Source: Geosiphon pyriformis uo1
Taxonomy: Eukaryota; Fungi; Glomeromycota
Direction of reading: 5' to 3'
NCBI GenBank assembly: GCA_016748015.1
Contig: JAAOMT010000468.1
Coordinates: 558,001-622,000 of the forward strand
DNA length: 64,000 nt
The notes under the pieces were generated by a model. It saw nothing but the letters and a program-made list of their open reading frames with translations, did no database searches and had not been told where the DNA came from. The number at the start of each line of letters is the position of its first letter. Position 1 is the first letter of the stretch. Position numbers and translations under genes: made by a program. This document shows positions 1-12,128 of the stretch, in pieces.

Positions 1-1650
1 AAAGCCAACGCTATAGCCTGTAACTCCACCAAAGTAGATAACACTAAATCTTGAACACCGACACCTACACCCAAATCAATGTCTTCAAAAAAAACAGCTG
101 CCCCAGCTCTACAATCAACTGTGCCCAAATTCCTCAAAGAACCATCCATATATACTGACAAACTATCAACATTAACCTGAGAAAAATGATTGTAGATGGA
201 CACAAAATTATCAGATTCACAAAAATTAAGAGGACCAGCACCAACTGAGGCCATGGAAAAGGAATGAGAAGCCACAAAAAATGCAACAGAAGGTCTGAAC
301 CAATCAGGAACCAGGCCATGAGAGTTCAGCCTCTTCTACCACTTGAAGGTGCACCAGCTAAAAACAACACCATGTCAATTATGAAGCTAATTTACGAAGA
401 CAATGCCAAAATGCTGGAGAGAAGATAAAAACTTGAAAAACAAAGACTCGCCAAAAACAATAGACATAGGGATCCCATCGCGAAACCGAAAAGCACTGGT
501 CAAAGAGCCACCCAAAAACAAATTGCAATCAAGAAGAATGTGAATCATACCAGCCAAGAAATTATTAGAAACACTAACATAAATACAAACAGGAGAGATC
601 AGTGAGTAAACAGGCCACCAACACAGAATCTGTAAATCATGTGATCTGTGACTGGACAGATGTCCCAAAATCCCACCAGAGTTTGCAAAACTAATAAGCA
701 AAGTCATTTTACTCTCAGATTGACACTGTAAAAACAACTTTAAACCATAAAAAGAAGGATGGTAAATAGTATCACTAGGAAAATCCAGCGGGAGACCAGC
801 TTTTAGCTTCAAGCCTCTGTAAATCAGAGCATTCCATTTATTATACACACCAACAGGAATATAGCTGAACTGCATTTTGTAGCTGATTATGGGATAGAGA
901 ACTGCTAACACCAAATACAAGAATTGCTTATTTGAAACCACCTTCCTCAGAACCAAATTGGTAAAGAAATAAATATCCGAATGTGTTTTAGCCAAACTAG
1001 GTTTTGAAAGACCCTCAGTCAACAAAAAAATACCAAGATACTGATAAGATTCCCCTTTATGGACAACTGAAATAGGCAAACCACTAATAAAAAGAAACGG
1101 AACACTGACCTTGCAATTAATTGGAATGACCACAGTTTTGTCATTATTAATTGAAATGTTATTGACTCTAAAAAATTCACTAGCAATGTCGAGAATGTGC
1201 TGAGTAGCAGCCTGACTGCCACCAACCCAAATAGTATTATCAACAAAGGCACCAGCAGTGAAAAAGGAAGAAAGCCCAGCCTAAGACTCAGTGTGACCAC
1301 TTTTAAAAACAAAATAAGAATTGAGCCTATAACCACACACACTTCCTTAACACTTGACTTTACACAAAAGAGGATCATAAAATATGTACCACAGCAAAAA
1401 GGAAAAAACTTCTTCTTGGTCCAACCCATTAAACACTCAGTAACCATCAGTCAAACCAAAATCTGTTATGACACGGTTGGTTCGGTTCTTATGAATACTA
1501 CCAAAAAAGCAAACAAATTTACTACACATTTTGATCTTGACCAAACTCCTCTCAAGATGCTTCCAGCCAACTAAATAATATGTCTTTCGCATGTCCTGTA
1601 AAACAAGCCAAAGTTCTCGGTTCTTTTCCAAAGCATCCTTAATTACCAAG
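1..1650 (-). mobile_element. LINE (non-LTR retrotransposon) ORF2 fragment, RT to start of RNase H, frameshifted pseudogene; runs off the window start
   Basis: Minus-strand peptides DALEKNRELWLVLQDMRK, GAFVDNTIWVG and YLGIFLLTEGLSKPSLAK are collinear with ORF2 of the LINE at 15099-21824. Confidence 0.92.
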
Positions 1651-1910
1651 CCTTGAATTTGCTAATTAGATTTATTGTTAAATTTATTGATTTTTTGGTT
1701 ATTTTAATTATAAAGTTAATAAATGTTTTTTTTTTAAAATAAAAAAAGATTTTTAATTAAAATATATTATTAAAAATTAAAAGATTGTTATTAGTTTAAT
1801 AAAAGTTTTAAGTACTTAATATTAAGTTTAATATAAATAAAACTATTATTTAAATGGTTAATTTAGTTTTTAATAACAATAATTTAATTGTAATTATGTA
1901 TAAAATAACA

Positions 1911-2903
1911 ATGAATGTTTTCTATGTGCTGGTGGTATGGCAGTTTCTGGTAATTCTAGACACTTTGTTCGTGATGTTTTCCAGTCAGTTCATTAAGCTC
2001 GTTGGGAGGTTGGAATAGGTTCTCGTGTTGTAAATGATAGTTTGTGTGCTGATATCAATTGGTCTAAGTCTTCTATGGTGTGGCACCCCAATTCTCACTT
2101 GGCATCTGGTTTTACTAATATGCGCACAGCAGGCTGTTATACTTACTTTATAAAGGCTCTCCATCATCGGCTTCCTGTTGCTGTGCGCAAGCATTTATAT
2201 GATAGGAGATACCCCAGTGTGGTTTGTCTGTTCTGTGGTAATGTTGAAACCTTGGATCATGTCTTTTTATGTCTTTAGGATGCCATTGGCCGTGCTCATT
2301 TATTGGGCACTCATGCTTCAGCTTGGGAGGCTTTTTCTGGTCTATCTTGCTCTTTTTCATGTGTCTTACAGGCTTTGGCTTCTTGTGTTTCTGAAGTTGG
2401 AGTTGGTGTTGCTCTGTGTAAAGACTTTGTTTTCGATGAATGGTTTCATGAGTTGGTCTTGGTTTTTAAAGATTCTAAGGAGGGTACTAAAAGAATTGTG
2501 AGCTTTGTGCATGAGTTCTGTCTTGCATTTCGGGATGATATTTGGTTGGTCCGTGCCAAACACTGAGTGTTTATGGAAAAGCACGGTTTGATTCCGCATG
2601 ATGGCTCCACTCCTGCTTCTGTTTCTGGTTTGCCTATGGTGTTTTCGGCTGGTGTGGTTAGATTGCTGAGAGTGGCTGAGGCTTTTGGAGTTGGTTTCGG
2701 GTTTCATAAGTTTTGTCCATTTTTTTCAGGTATTGGAGATTTGGTTTCTGTGCATATAGGTGTATAGTGTAGTCCTGACTGGCCTGAGTGACTGGTCACA
2801 TGTAGAAAGCACATGATTTGCACCTAGTTTAGATCATTTGTATGATGTATAGCACTAGGTCGTGTTTAGACCTCACTCATTAAAATAAAAAAATTAAAAT
2901 AAA
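1911..2903 (+). mobile_element. 5'-truncated LINE copy (C-terminal zinc-finger region, 3' UTR, A-rich tail)
   Basis: Highly similar to ~20836-21820. Ends in TAAAATAAAAAAA. Candidate low-complexity TSD ATAAAATAAC at 1900-1909 and 2904-2913. Confidence 0.92.
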
Positions 2904-3477
2904 ATAAAATAACTGTTTTAAATAAATTTACTTTGATAAATTCAATATAATTTGGTTTTAATTAGTTAAATAACTAATTATATATAATTTACTACTATTT
3001 ATAAGATTTTTAAATATTATATTATACTTAATATTTAAATTATATTTTATTAAAATATAATAAAAATAAAATTTCAAATTTTTTATATTTAAAAATATTA
3101 AATATATTAATAAAATTAATAAAATTAATTTGTTTATTGCTGTTTTTTTAAAATTATTGAATTTTATTGTTTATTAAATGTTATTTATATTGAAAATTTT
3201 AAAATAATTAATATTAAATACTTTTAATAAGAATTGTTTTGTTAATATAAAATTTTGTTATTGTATTACAATTCATAAAATATATTAAGCTATATAACTT
3301 GGAATATATGTCTTACTTTATTGTAAGCCACTTAAAAAAAAAGTCATTTTATTTAATGAGAAAATCATAAAAATTACTCTCCTAATTTAAACCTTCATAT
3401 ATCAGATTTTGGGATGGTTGAGACACTTTGCATATGCCCGAGAATTTAATAGTATGTTTCTGATTTTTTCCTAATCT

Positions 3478-6472
3478 TCAATCATTGCTTTCACCTTGTT
3501 CAAATTGCTTCGGTGAGCTGGAGAATTGTACCATTACGCTTTTCTGGTAATTAGCTAACGAGGTTTTTCCGACGGTCATGTAATTTTTGAGTGCGTCCAA
3601 GGATTCCTAAGAACATGAACCAGTCATTAAAAATAAGATTTTAGGCAAAAGAGTTGGAATAACATTTTAAGTTCAACCTGATATGTTGCTTTCATAGGAT
3701 TCAGAACCGAGTTTTGAATATTCATTTTCTTAACCTTATGCAAATGGCCGGCTTTTTTTAGCATGTCTTTAAAATGATTTGCCTGTAATTAATCAACAAT
3801 TATAAATATATATATGTTGTTTTCGGTTCAAAAATTTCAGATATAATGGAAAAAATGTAATACCTCTTGTTTTTCAACAAGGGAATAGGCATCACCTACG
3901 CGTCCAGCACGGGCTGTTCTGCCGACACGATGGAGATATTTTTTCATATAAATAGGCACATCATAATTGATAACTGTGTCTACACTTTCCAGATCAATCC
4001 CACGGGCTATGAGGTCAGAAGAAACTAATCTATCGGATTGAAATGTCTTTGATTACTTACTAGATAAACTTAACTAAACTTTGCAATGAATAGTGAGTAA
4101 ATATACGTACAATTGTATTTCACCGGCCTTGAATTTTTTTAATACAATATTTCTTTCTTTTTGTGATAATTCACTCGAGTATTCAGCGGCTATTATTGGC
4201 TTAAAAAGTAAATTACTCCGAGTTTCAGTGCTTGGTACCCCATTTATCTCCAATAATACTTCATCTTTTTTATGCTGTTTTTTAGAGTAAAGTGCCTCGA
4301 AAAATTGAACCAGCTTGGCTAACCGATGAGCCGATTCCACAGATTTGGTAAAGCAAAGCGCGGCAGTAATTTTATGGTTATGGAGGAGATGAAAAAGAAC
4401 AAGAGGCTTTTCTAACGTTGTTATTATAATCATATATTCCTATTATAAATTTAAAATAAAAAAGTAGTTGAAAAATGCAACTGATGATTTCCAAATATTA
4501 ATAGTTTTATGTGACATTCAAAACTTACATTTAAGCTACTAGGAAAAGTATATTTATCCTCGCGATGTAGCTCCCTATTGGAGCCCTTAATGGCAATGTA
4601 GGAAGGTTCCACTAGATGCAAACTGGCTATTTTGGCAGGATTGCGCGTAAGAGTAGCCGAAAATAATAGTTTTTGTACCTTTCAGATGTGCATTTAAATG
4701 AGCTTTATCAAAGTAGGGTGATCAATATTCGTTATTAAAAGGTTAAAATACATACCGGAGAAGTTGGAGGATCGGATGTGTCACTGGCTGGTAATTGAAA
4801 GAATGATGGCATCATCGAGCTCGCGACAGCATCATGATCCTGGACCCTATTTACACCTTGAGTAGAATACAAATGTTTTATTTCAAAAGTAATAAAATGA
4901 TTTAGAAGAAAATTTACCTTTTGGAATCAAATGGATCTGGCTCAATTTTACTTAAATCATGAGATCGAGTAGCTTTTAAAACGTGTTCCAACCAATTTTG
5001 GTAGCTTTGATTGAGCAACCTATCAGCCTCATCAATTATCTTAAAAAATAAACAATTTTGTTATAGGAGACAGAATGTTGAAAATTGCAAGTTACCAAGA
5101 AGTCAATTTTAAGAACTTACCAGAAACCGAAGATGTTGTAGAGTAAAGTTTGGCGTTTTTAATAAGTGGTCAATTAATCGACCAGGAGTCGCTATTAATA
5201 TGTCAACTTTACTGCTGCCTCCTAGAAAACTTCCTCGGGTAATCAACATCAATAAACTTACATGTTACCAAGAAATGATCAACTATAATTTCTCACAGAA
5301 TACCGTTCGTTCAGGTTCCCAAATATTTGCTTTTGTTCTTCAGTAAATGAAGTGTGCCCTGTGATAACTCCGACCTATTCAAGAATAAATAATATCAAGT
5401 TAAAATTTCATAAAATCTTTTATAATCTTGTGAATCTACCTTGAGGTTGGTGCCTCTGCAGAAGGCATCAAAAGTTTCTTTGACCTGGATGACTAAATCC
5501 CTGGTAGGAAGCACAACCAGAACGCGTAATCGTGTTACAATACGTTTGGACAAAATCTGTTCGTAAAAAAAGGGAATATATTAAAAGGCTGTATGAAAAA
5601 AGATCACTTATTTTACTAAGCATGTTTACAACCTCAATGACTGGCAGTACGTAAGAAAGTGTTTTTCCACTGCCAGTTGGAGCCGAGACACATATATCAC
5701 CCGGGGAAATATGATTATTATTGAGAGCTCTTGAACGTAAAAGAATAGGAATTACGGCCGTTTGAACTATGCCCAATTAAGTGAATGGCAATAATATTTA
5801 TTAAAGGTGTAAGATTGGATATTAGATTTTCATCTATAAATGAAATGACTCGAGGTAAATTAATATAAACTCACCTGCAAAGAATTCATGAATTCCTAAT
5901 GTTTTACATCGATCTAACAATTTTTGGGATAATCTAAAGGTCGCTTTTTCAAGTGGGAAAGTTACATCAGGATCAATAGCGACCGGGAACAAGAGCCAGT
6001 CTGGAATGCCCATTCGTTTTCTGACGGCCACATCTTTTGCAGAAGGTCCGGGATTTTCAAAAGATGGAAAAGCCTCTAATGTCCCTGGTTTCCCTTCAAT
6101 CTCCTGTTGCGGGAAAAGAGTGCTTTCCTTTAATCCTTCGTCTGAGAGTAAAGAAACTTGAGATGTAGTAAAGAAAGTTTTATCAGAAATGAGACAGTCA
6201 TCTTCGATCTTGTTGTCTTGTTCCAATGCCTCATTTTCTTGATATTGAACTCGCTCCGTTTCCTTTTTGTTTTCGCCTTTGTTTTTAGCCGAGTTTTTTT
6301 TGAACCCTGTCTCTAACTTAACATTTAAGGCTTGGGAATCTGATGAGTTTCCTTGTGTTCTTTTCCTTTTTTTGTTCTGCTCTATGCGCTCATTTATTTT
6401 AGATAAACGTTCAACGGTCACAGGAGACACATGGGGTTTTTCTTCAACTTCATATCGCGTAATTGGAAACAT
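3478..6472 (-). CDS. DBP6: DEAD-box RNA helicase Dbp6/DDX51 (60S biogenesis), multi-exon
   Basis: Exons encode [59 protein letters not shown] and [16 protein letters not shown] at 6472; last exon ends ...GESND-TGA at 3478. Confidence 0.88.
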
Positions 6473-6611
6473 TTCAAAAGCGAAACTTTCCTCCTAGCAA
6501 AATTGAAAGATCTGCCTCGGCTGTGTTGGAAATTTCTCAGATAATCAATCAGATTCAATAAGTTTTTGTCCAAAAAATTTTTTGGCGACTAAGACATTAA
6601 AACCCAAGATA
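6473..6611. promoter_or_regulatory. 139-bp bidirectional promoter between DBP6 and ADE16/17 with an RRPE-like palindrome
   Basis: Divergent start codons at 6472 and 6612. Perfect palindrome CCAAAAAATTTTTTGG at 6570-6585. Confidence 0.6.
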
Positions 6612-9296
6612 ATGAGTGAACAAAAAACGGGTAAGGAAGGAAGTCTTCAGGATACATCTGATTTTTTGGCCTTCATTTATTTATAATAATATTTCTGAAT
6701 ATTTTATAAAAGCGATTCTATCTGTCTACGATAAAACTGGTCTTCTTGAGTTAGCTACGGAACTTAGTAGGCTAAATGTACGCCTTCTTGGCTCCGGGGG
6801 CACTGCCAAGAAGATACGCGAAAACGGGATACCTATCCTGTAAGCATACAATTATTCATAAATGTTTCCCAAACTTTAAATTTAATTATAACAAGTTTAT
6901 TCATAAAATAGTGATGTTTCGGATATAACTAATGCTCCTGAGATTTTGGGGGGACGTGTAAAAACTTTACATCCTGCAGTACATGGAGGTATTTATTTCA
7001 TTTATCATGTTCTATATTTGAATTTCTCCTAATTTTGCCGTGAATTTTAGGAATTCTTGCAAGAAATATTAAAAGCGATGAGGTTGACCTGGCTCAACAA
7101 AACATCAAAAAAATTGATTATGTTATATGTAATCTTTATCCATTCAAGGAGACTATTTCTAAAGAAGGGATTTCTGTTCTGGAAGCTGTGGAAGAAATTG
7201 ATATTGGTATCTGAAAAATATTCTTCAATTTTTAATATGGGACTTTTAATCACAAGTTAAAATAAGGGGTAATCCGTTTAAGGTGTCCCCTCGCTATTAT
7301 TTCACATTTTTGATAAAAGGGGGAGTTACTCTTTTGCGAGCTGCTGCCAAGAACCATGAAAGAGTGACAATTCTTTCCGATCCAAAAGATTATACAACCT
7401 TTTTGGTAGAACTTAAAACTGGTGGAATATCTGAGAACTCCCGGAAATCTTTTGCCTTGAAGGTAGTTTTTATAAGTTACGAACTTGCCGCTTTGTTTTA
7501 TTCATTTGCTACACATATATACTATCTTGTAGGCATTTAGTCATACAGCTGATTACGATGATGCCATATCCGATTATTTCAGACAACGATATGCCAAAAA
7601 CATTTCACAGATGACTTTGCGTTATGGGGCTAACCCACACCAAAAGCCTGCACAAGTATTCGTGAAAAATGGTCAATTGCCAATACAAGGTTAGATAAAA
7701 ACGAGTTTCAAAGTCAAGATCGAAGGTACTGCAACAAGAAATAATGGTCTTTTTAATATTCACAGTGCTTGCTGGTTCCCCCGGTTATATTAACCTTCTC
7801 GATGCCCTCAATGGTTGGCCATTAGTTAAGGTAATTGAAAATGCTGCGCCCTTTTAACCAAGACAAGATTTTATAAAATAATCAACTATATCTTACCCAA
7901 TAGGAGCTCAAAGCGGCCCTGAATCTTCCAGCTGCAGCATCTTTTAAACACGTTTCACCTGCAGGTGCTGCGGTTGGTATTCCCTTAAGCGATATTGAAA
8001 AACAGGTTTATTTTGTCGATGATTTGAAAGAATTATCACCTTTAGCCAACGCTTACGCTCGTGCACGAGGTTTTTCATTTGCCTGAGATTCTCCTGATTT
8101 CTTTGACAGATATAATCAATTTTATTTATGGAGCTGAGATATTTAGGGGCGGATAGGATGTCCTCATTTGGGGATTGGATTGCTCTGAGTGATATTGTGG
8201 ATGTTCCTACAGCTCGAATTATCTCGCGTGAGGTGCTTGCTCCTTCCCTAAACTATAAAATGAAAATTTTATATCTTGTTGTTCGTTTACTTCATTTATT
8301 ACTCATAAAAAAGGTTTCGGATGGTGTAATTGCTCCCGGATATGAAGCCGATGCTTTGGAGATATTAAGAAAGAAAAAAGGTGGAAAATACACTATAATT
8401 CAGGCAAGTAAACAAAAATGTGGGGTTTTCTCAAATTACATATTATCATACTTGGTTTTTTTAATTAAAAACTAGATTGATCCGGATTACGAACCCCCAG
8501 AAATGGAAACGCGTCAAGTTTATGGATTGTATCTTCAGCAAAAAAGAAATAATGTTTCAATTAATGCGTCAATGTTTGAAAATATTGTGAGCGAGAATAA
8601 GAACGTAAGCTTTGATACCTGCACTTTCACAGAAATTGGAGAATAATTTATGAAATCTTTTTGCTTTAATCGAATTTAGTTACCAAAGTCCGCTCTTACA
8701 GATTTGATTGTGGCTACAATAGCCCTAAAATACACACAATCCAATTCTGTTTGCTATGCTAAAAAGGGAATGGTTATTGGGCTTGGTGCTGGTCAACAAT
8801 CCCGAATTCATTGCACCCGTCTTGCAGGAGACAAAGCTGATTGCTGGTGGCTTCGACATCATCCTAGAGTACTAGGATTTGATTTTAAGAAAGAAACAAA
8901 ACGCGCTGATAAAAGTAACGCGATTGATTTGTATATTCTTAATAAGATTGGGGAGGTTAGTCACACACATATTCTGACGACTAAAAAATTTAGTAAATTG
9001 CTAATTGATTTCTAATTCAGGGTTCCGAAAGAGTTTCATGGGAATCACAATTCAATACAATTCCACAACCTTTAACCCCAGAAGAGCGAAATACTTTTCT
9101 TGCTTCGTTGACCGGTGTGGCCCTTTCTTCAGATGCGTTTTTCCCTTTCTCGGATAATGTTCATCGAGCCCACCAATCTGGTGTGACATATATTGCCGCT
9201 CCTAGTGGATCAATTCAGGACAATGTAATTATACAGACGGCTGATGAGCATAAAATACTATTGATCCACACAAACATCAGACTTTTCCATCATTGA
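6612..9296 (+). CDS. ADE17: Bifunctional AICAR transformylase/IMP cyclohydrolase (Ade16/Ade17, PurH/ATIC), multi-exon
   Basis: [86 protein letters not shown] and C-terminal RLFHH*. First exon ATGAGTGAACAAAAAACGG|gtaagg. Confidence 0.96.
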
Positions 9297-10435
9297 TATA
9301 ACAATAATTATTTCAAAAAAAAAAATTCTTGAATTGCCAGTTATAGACTAAGTAAAAGTGGGCAATTGAATTTTAACTTTTTTTTTGTTGGAATTGAATA
9401 AATTTCTTAAAATATGTTCTTAAATATTGCGTTATTATAACCTGATTACAAAACACCAATTTTGATAATGTAAAAAGTATTAAATATGTTATTAAAATGA
9501 TAATAAGTTGATAAAATTAAAATTCTTTATATTTATATAAGTAATATTTGTATTTTATAAAATTGTTTATTAATATTAAAATTTGAAGTTTAATAATTTT
9601 TTTGTTTATTGAAATATAGTTTATATTAATTATTATATAAAAATTAAAAAATTAAATTTAATATATAAAATTTTTTGTATATTTGCTTAAATTCATAAAT
9701 TTTTTTCTTTACAATTTTGTAAAAAAAAAACAATTGTTATTTTTTTGTAATTATTAAACATATTATTATTTAAAAGGTTTTCTTAATTATAAAAACAGCT
9801 AAACAGTATTTTATAAAAGTATTTTTCTAAATAGTTTTAAAACAAAACAGTTTTTAATTATTAAAAAAATAGATTTTTTTATTTTTAAACTAATTAAAGT
9901 TTTTAGGCAAATAAAAAATTAACTCAAATATATTCTTAATCTAAAAATTTAACAAATAAAACTGGTTTTAATATTTAGAACAAAGTTAAATTAAATAGCC
10001 AAAAAAGTAATAAAATTTATAACTTGAATTTTAAAAAAATCAATTTAAATTTATATATTTTATTAATAAAATAACTAAAACACTATAAAAAGAGTAATAG
10101 TCTTAATATAAAACAAATATTTAAAAAACTAATTAACATAAATTTTGAATATAACAAAAACCAAATAATTTAAATTAAAATATATAATAAATTTATTAGA
10201 TTTTTTGGTAAAATTTACAATAATAGAGTTAATTATATTATAACTAACTTTAATTTAACTATTTAGTATTAAATAGGTAATAGTTTAGATTAAAGCAAAA
10301 TATTTTTTCCTTTGCTTTAATATATTTTTTATAATTTTCTTTTATAAAAAGTAAAAAGACAAAAGATTTCATAAATAATTACAAAACAAATATTAAATTT
10401 GTTATTAAGTCTAAGTGTATTAAAAATTTAGCTGG

Positions 10436-12128
10436 TATTATAATTAAAAGTTATAGTTTTTATTAATTATTATATATATTAGCTACTAATGTTATATAGT
10501 TAGTTACTCCATTTTTAAAAACTAATTAATGACTTGATTATTGATCTAATTATTAACTTGATTATTGATCTGATTATTAATTTAATCAATAACTTGATTA
10601 TTGACTTGATTAATAACTTGATTATTGATCTAGTCATTGACTTAATTATTAACCACTTTGAATAATCATATAAGAATATATTTTTTAGTTTTAAAAAAGC
10701 ATATTTTAATATACAAGACATATATAAATTAAAGTAATAAAAATTATTTCTAAAATATTCAATCTTTTTCAATTCACTTATTTTTCTTTTCAAAAATTTT
10801 AAAGTATTTAAACATCTTAATAATAAAAAATTACTTGTTAATATTTATCTGTAATTATTAGTTTTAATTAATATTACTAAAAAGTACAATTAATACTTAA
10901 TATTGAATTTTAAGAACACTAATATAAGACATAAAATTATATTATAGTATTATTTTTTGTTAACAGTATGGATTATTTTTTTACTTTCAGATTTTTTTGT
11001 TATCTTTTAGAAAAAATAGTGACTAAAATATTTATATGATTAATCTTACATATTAAATCCATACTAATTTAATTCATTTTTTGAAATTGAATTTTTTTTT
11101 GATAATTTCTATTACCATTGTTACCGGAGGTTTTTGGTCTCTTTTCTTGAATGTTGTTAATGTTTGTCTGTTGCTAATTTCACGTTTTCTGGAAGCAGTT
11201 GAACCTCCAATAACTGAATTTATCTTCAAATTATCTCCTATAATTTGAACTGCTGGGCTTATAAGTGGAATGGCCAATTCCGTGCCAGTTACTTTGTGTA
11301 GTTACGTTGTAGTAAACGTCAACTCTTTCCCAGGAATTGTTTGTCTGGAAGCTCACTAAAAATGTGTAGTTACTTTGCTGTGAAAGTCAACTCTTCTACA
11401 GGAATCTCATCTGTAGGCTACCCTAATAATTGTAATAAGAAAATAAAAGAAATATAAAAGAAATAGAATTTTTGTCAAGGGAAACGTTTTCTATCCAGGC
11501 CTGGAGTCACTAACAGATTACTGAAATTGGTAGCTAATCAATTTCGAAATGTTGGTTGTGTTGAGGGAATTTCAAGTGTAATAATTTAAAGGATTTGTTT
11601 TCGAATATTTAATTTTTATTTGAAATGTGTAAAAGGTGATTTGTTCCAATTAAGATATCTAATGTAAGATACTATGTTATGATACTATGAGAAGATACAT
11701 TTTCTTGAAGAGAGAAGCTCTTCTTTTATACAACTTGTTGTAGTACTAGTTTTTGAACTTGCACTTTTCTCTTTGCTACAATTTTAGCGAACTAAAGATA
11801 CATTTCGGCAAACTACAAGTTATTTCACTGAACTATTGATTATTTCGGCCAATTTTCATTAATTTCGGCGAATTTTGACTATATTAAATGGTTCAGGGTA
11901 TTGTGTAATTTGATCATCTTAATTTTTATAGTACAAATCGGATTATTGATTGAGTAGTGATATTGATTAAATAATAAGTGATAATCGAATTAATAATAAT
12001 ATATGCTAATTGATAATAGGAATTATGAGGGTAATTTCATGCTAATTAATAGCTAAAATTCTACTGGTAACACCATATAAATCTGTTTTATTTTGCTATT
12101 TATTAGTTTGTTATTTTAATTTATAATA
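10436..12128 (+). mobile_element. Decayed solo LTR related to the Gypsy-A LTR, split by a younger solo LTR
   Basis: Start TATTATAATTAAAA matches TGTTACGGTTAAAA. Decayed 12-bp repeat array at 10525-10655. End TTATAATA matches CCATAACA. Flanks CTGG/CTAA fit a decayed 4-bp TSD. Confidence 0.75.
11119..12072 (-). mobile_element. Solo LTR, family C (954 bp)
   Basis: TGTTAC...GTAACA termini and perfect TSD CCAT (11115-11118, 12073-12076). Similar to 45224-46216. Orientation inferred from TATAAAAG on the minus strand near 11725. Confidence 0.9.

Noticed and set aside
10515-10793. ORF with repeated IIKL/IIRS peptides
   Set aside because: It is the antisense translation of the decayed 12-bp LTR tandem array.
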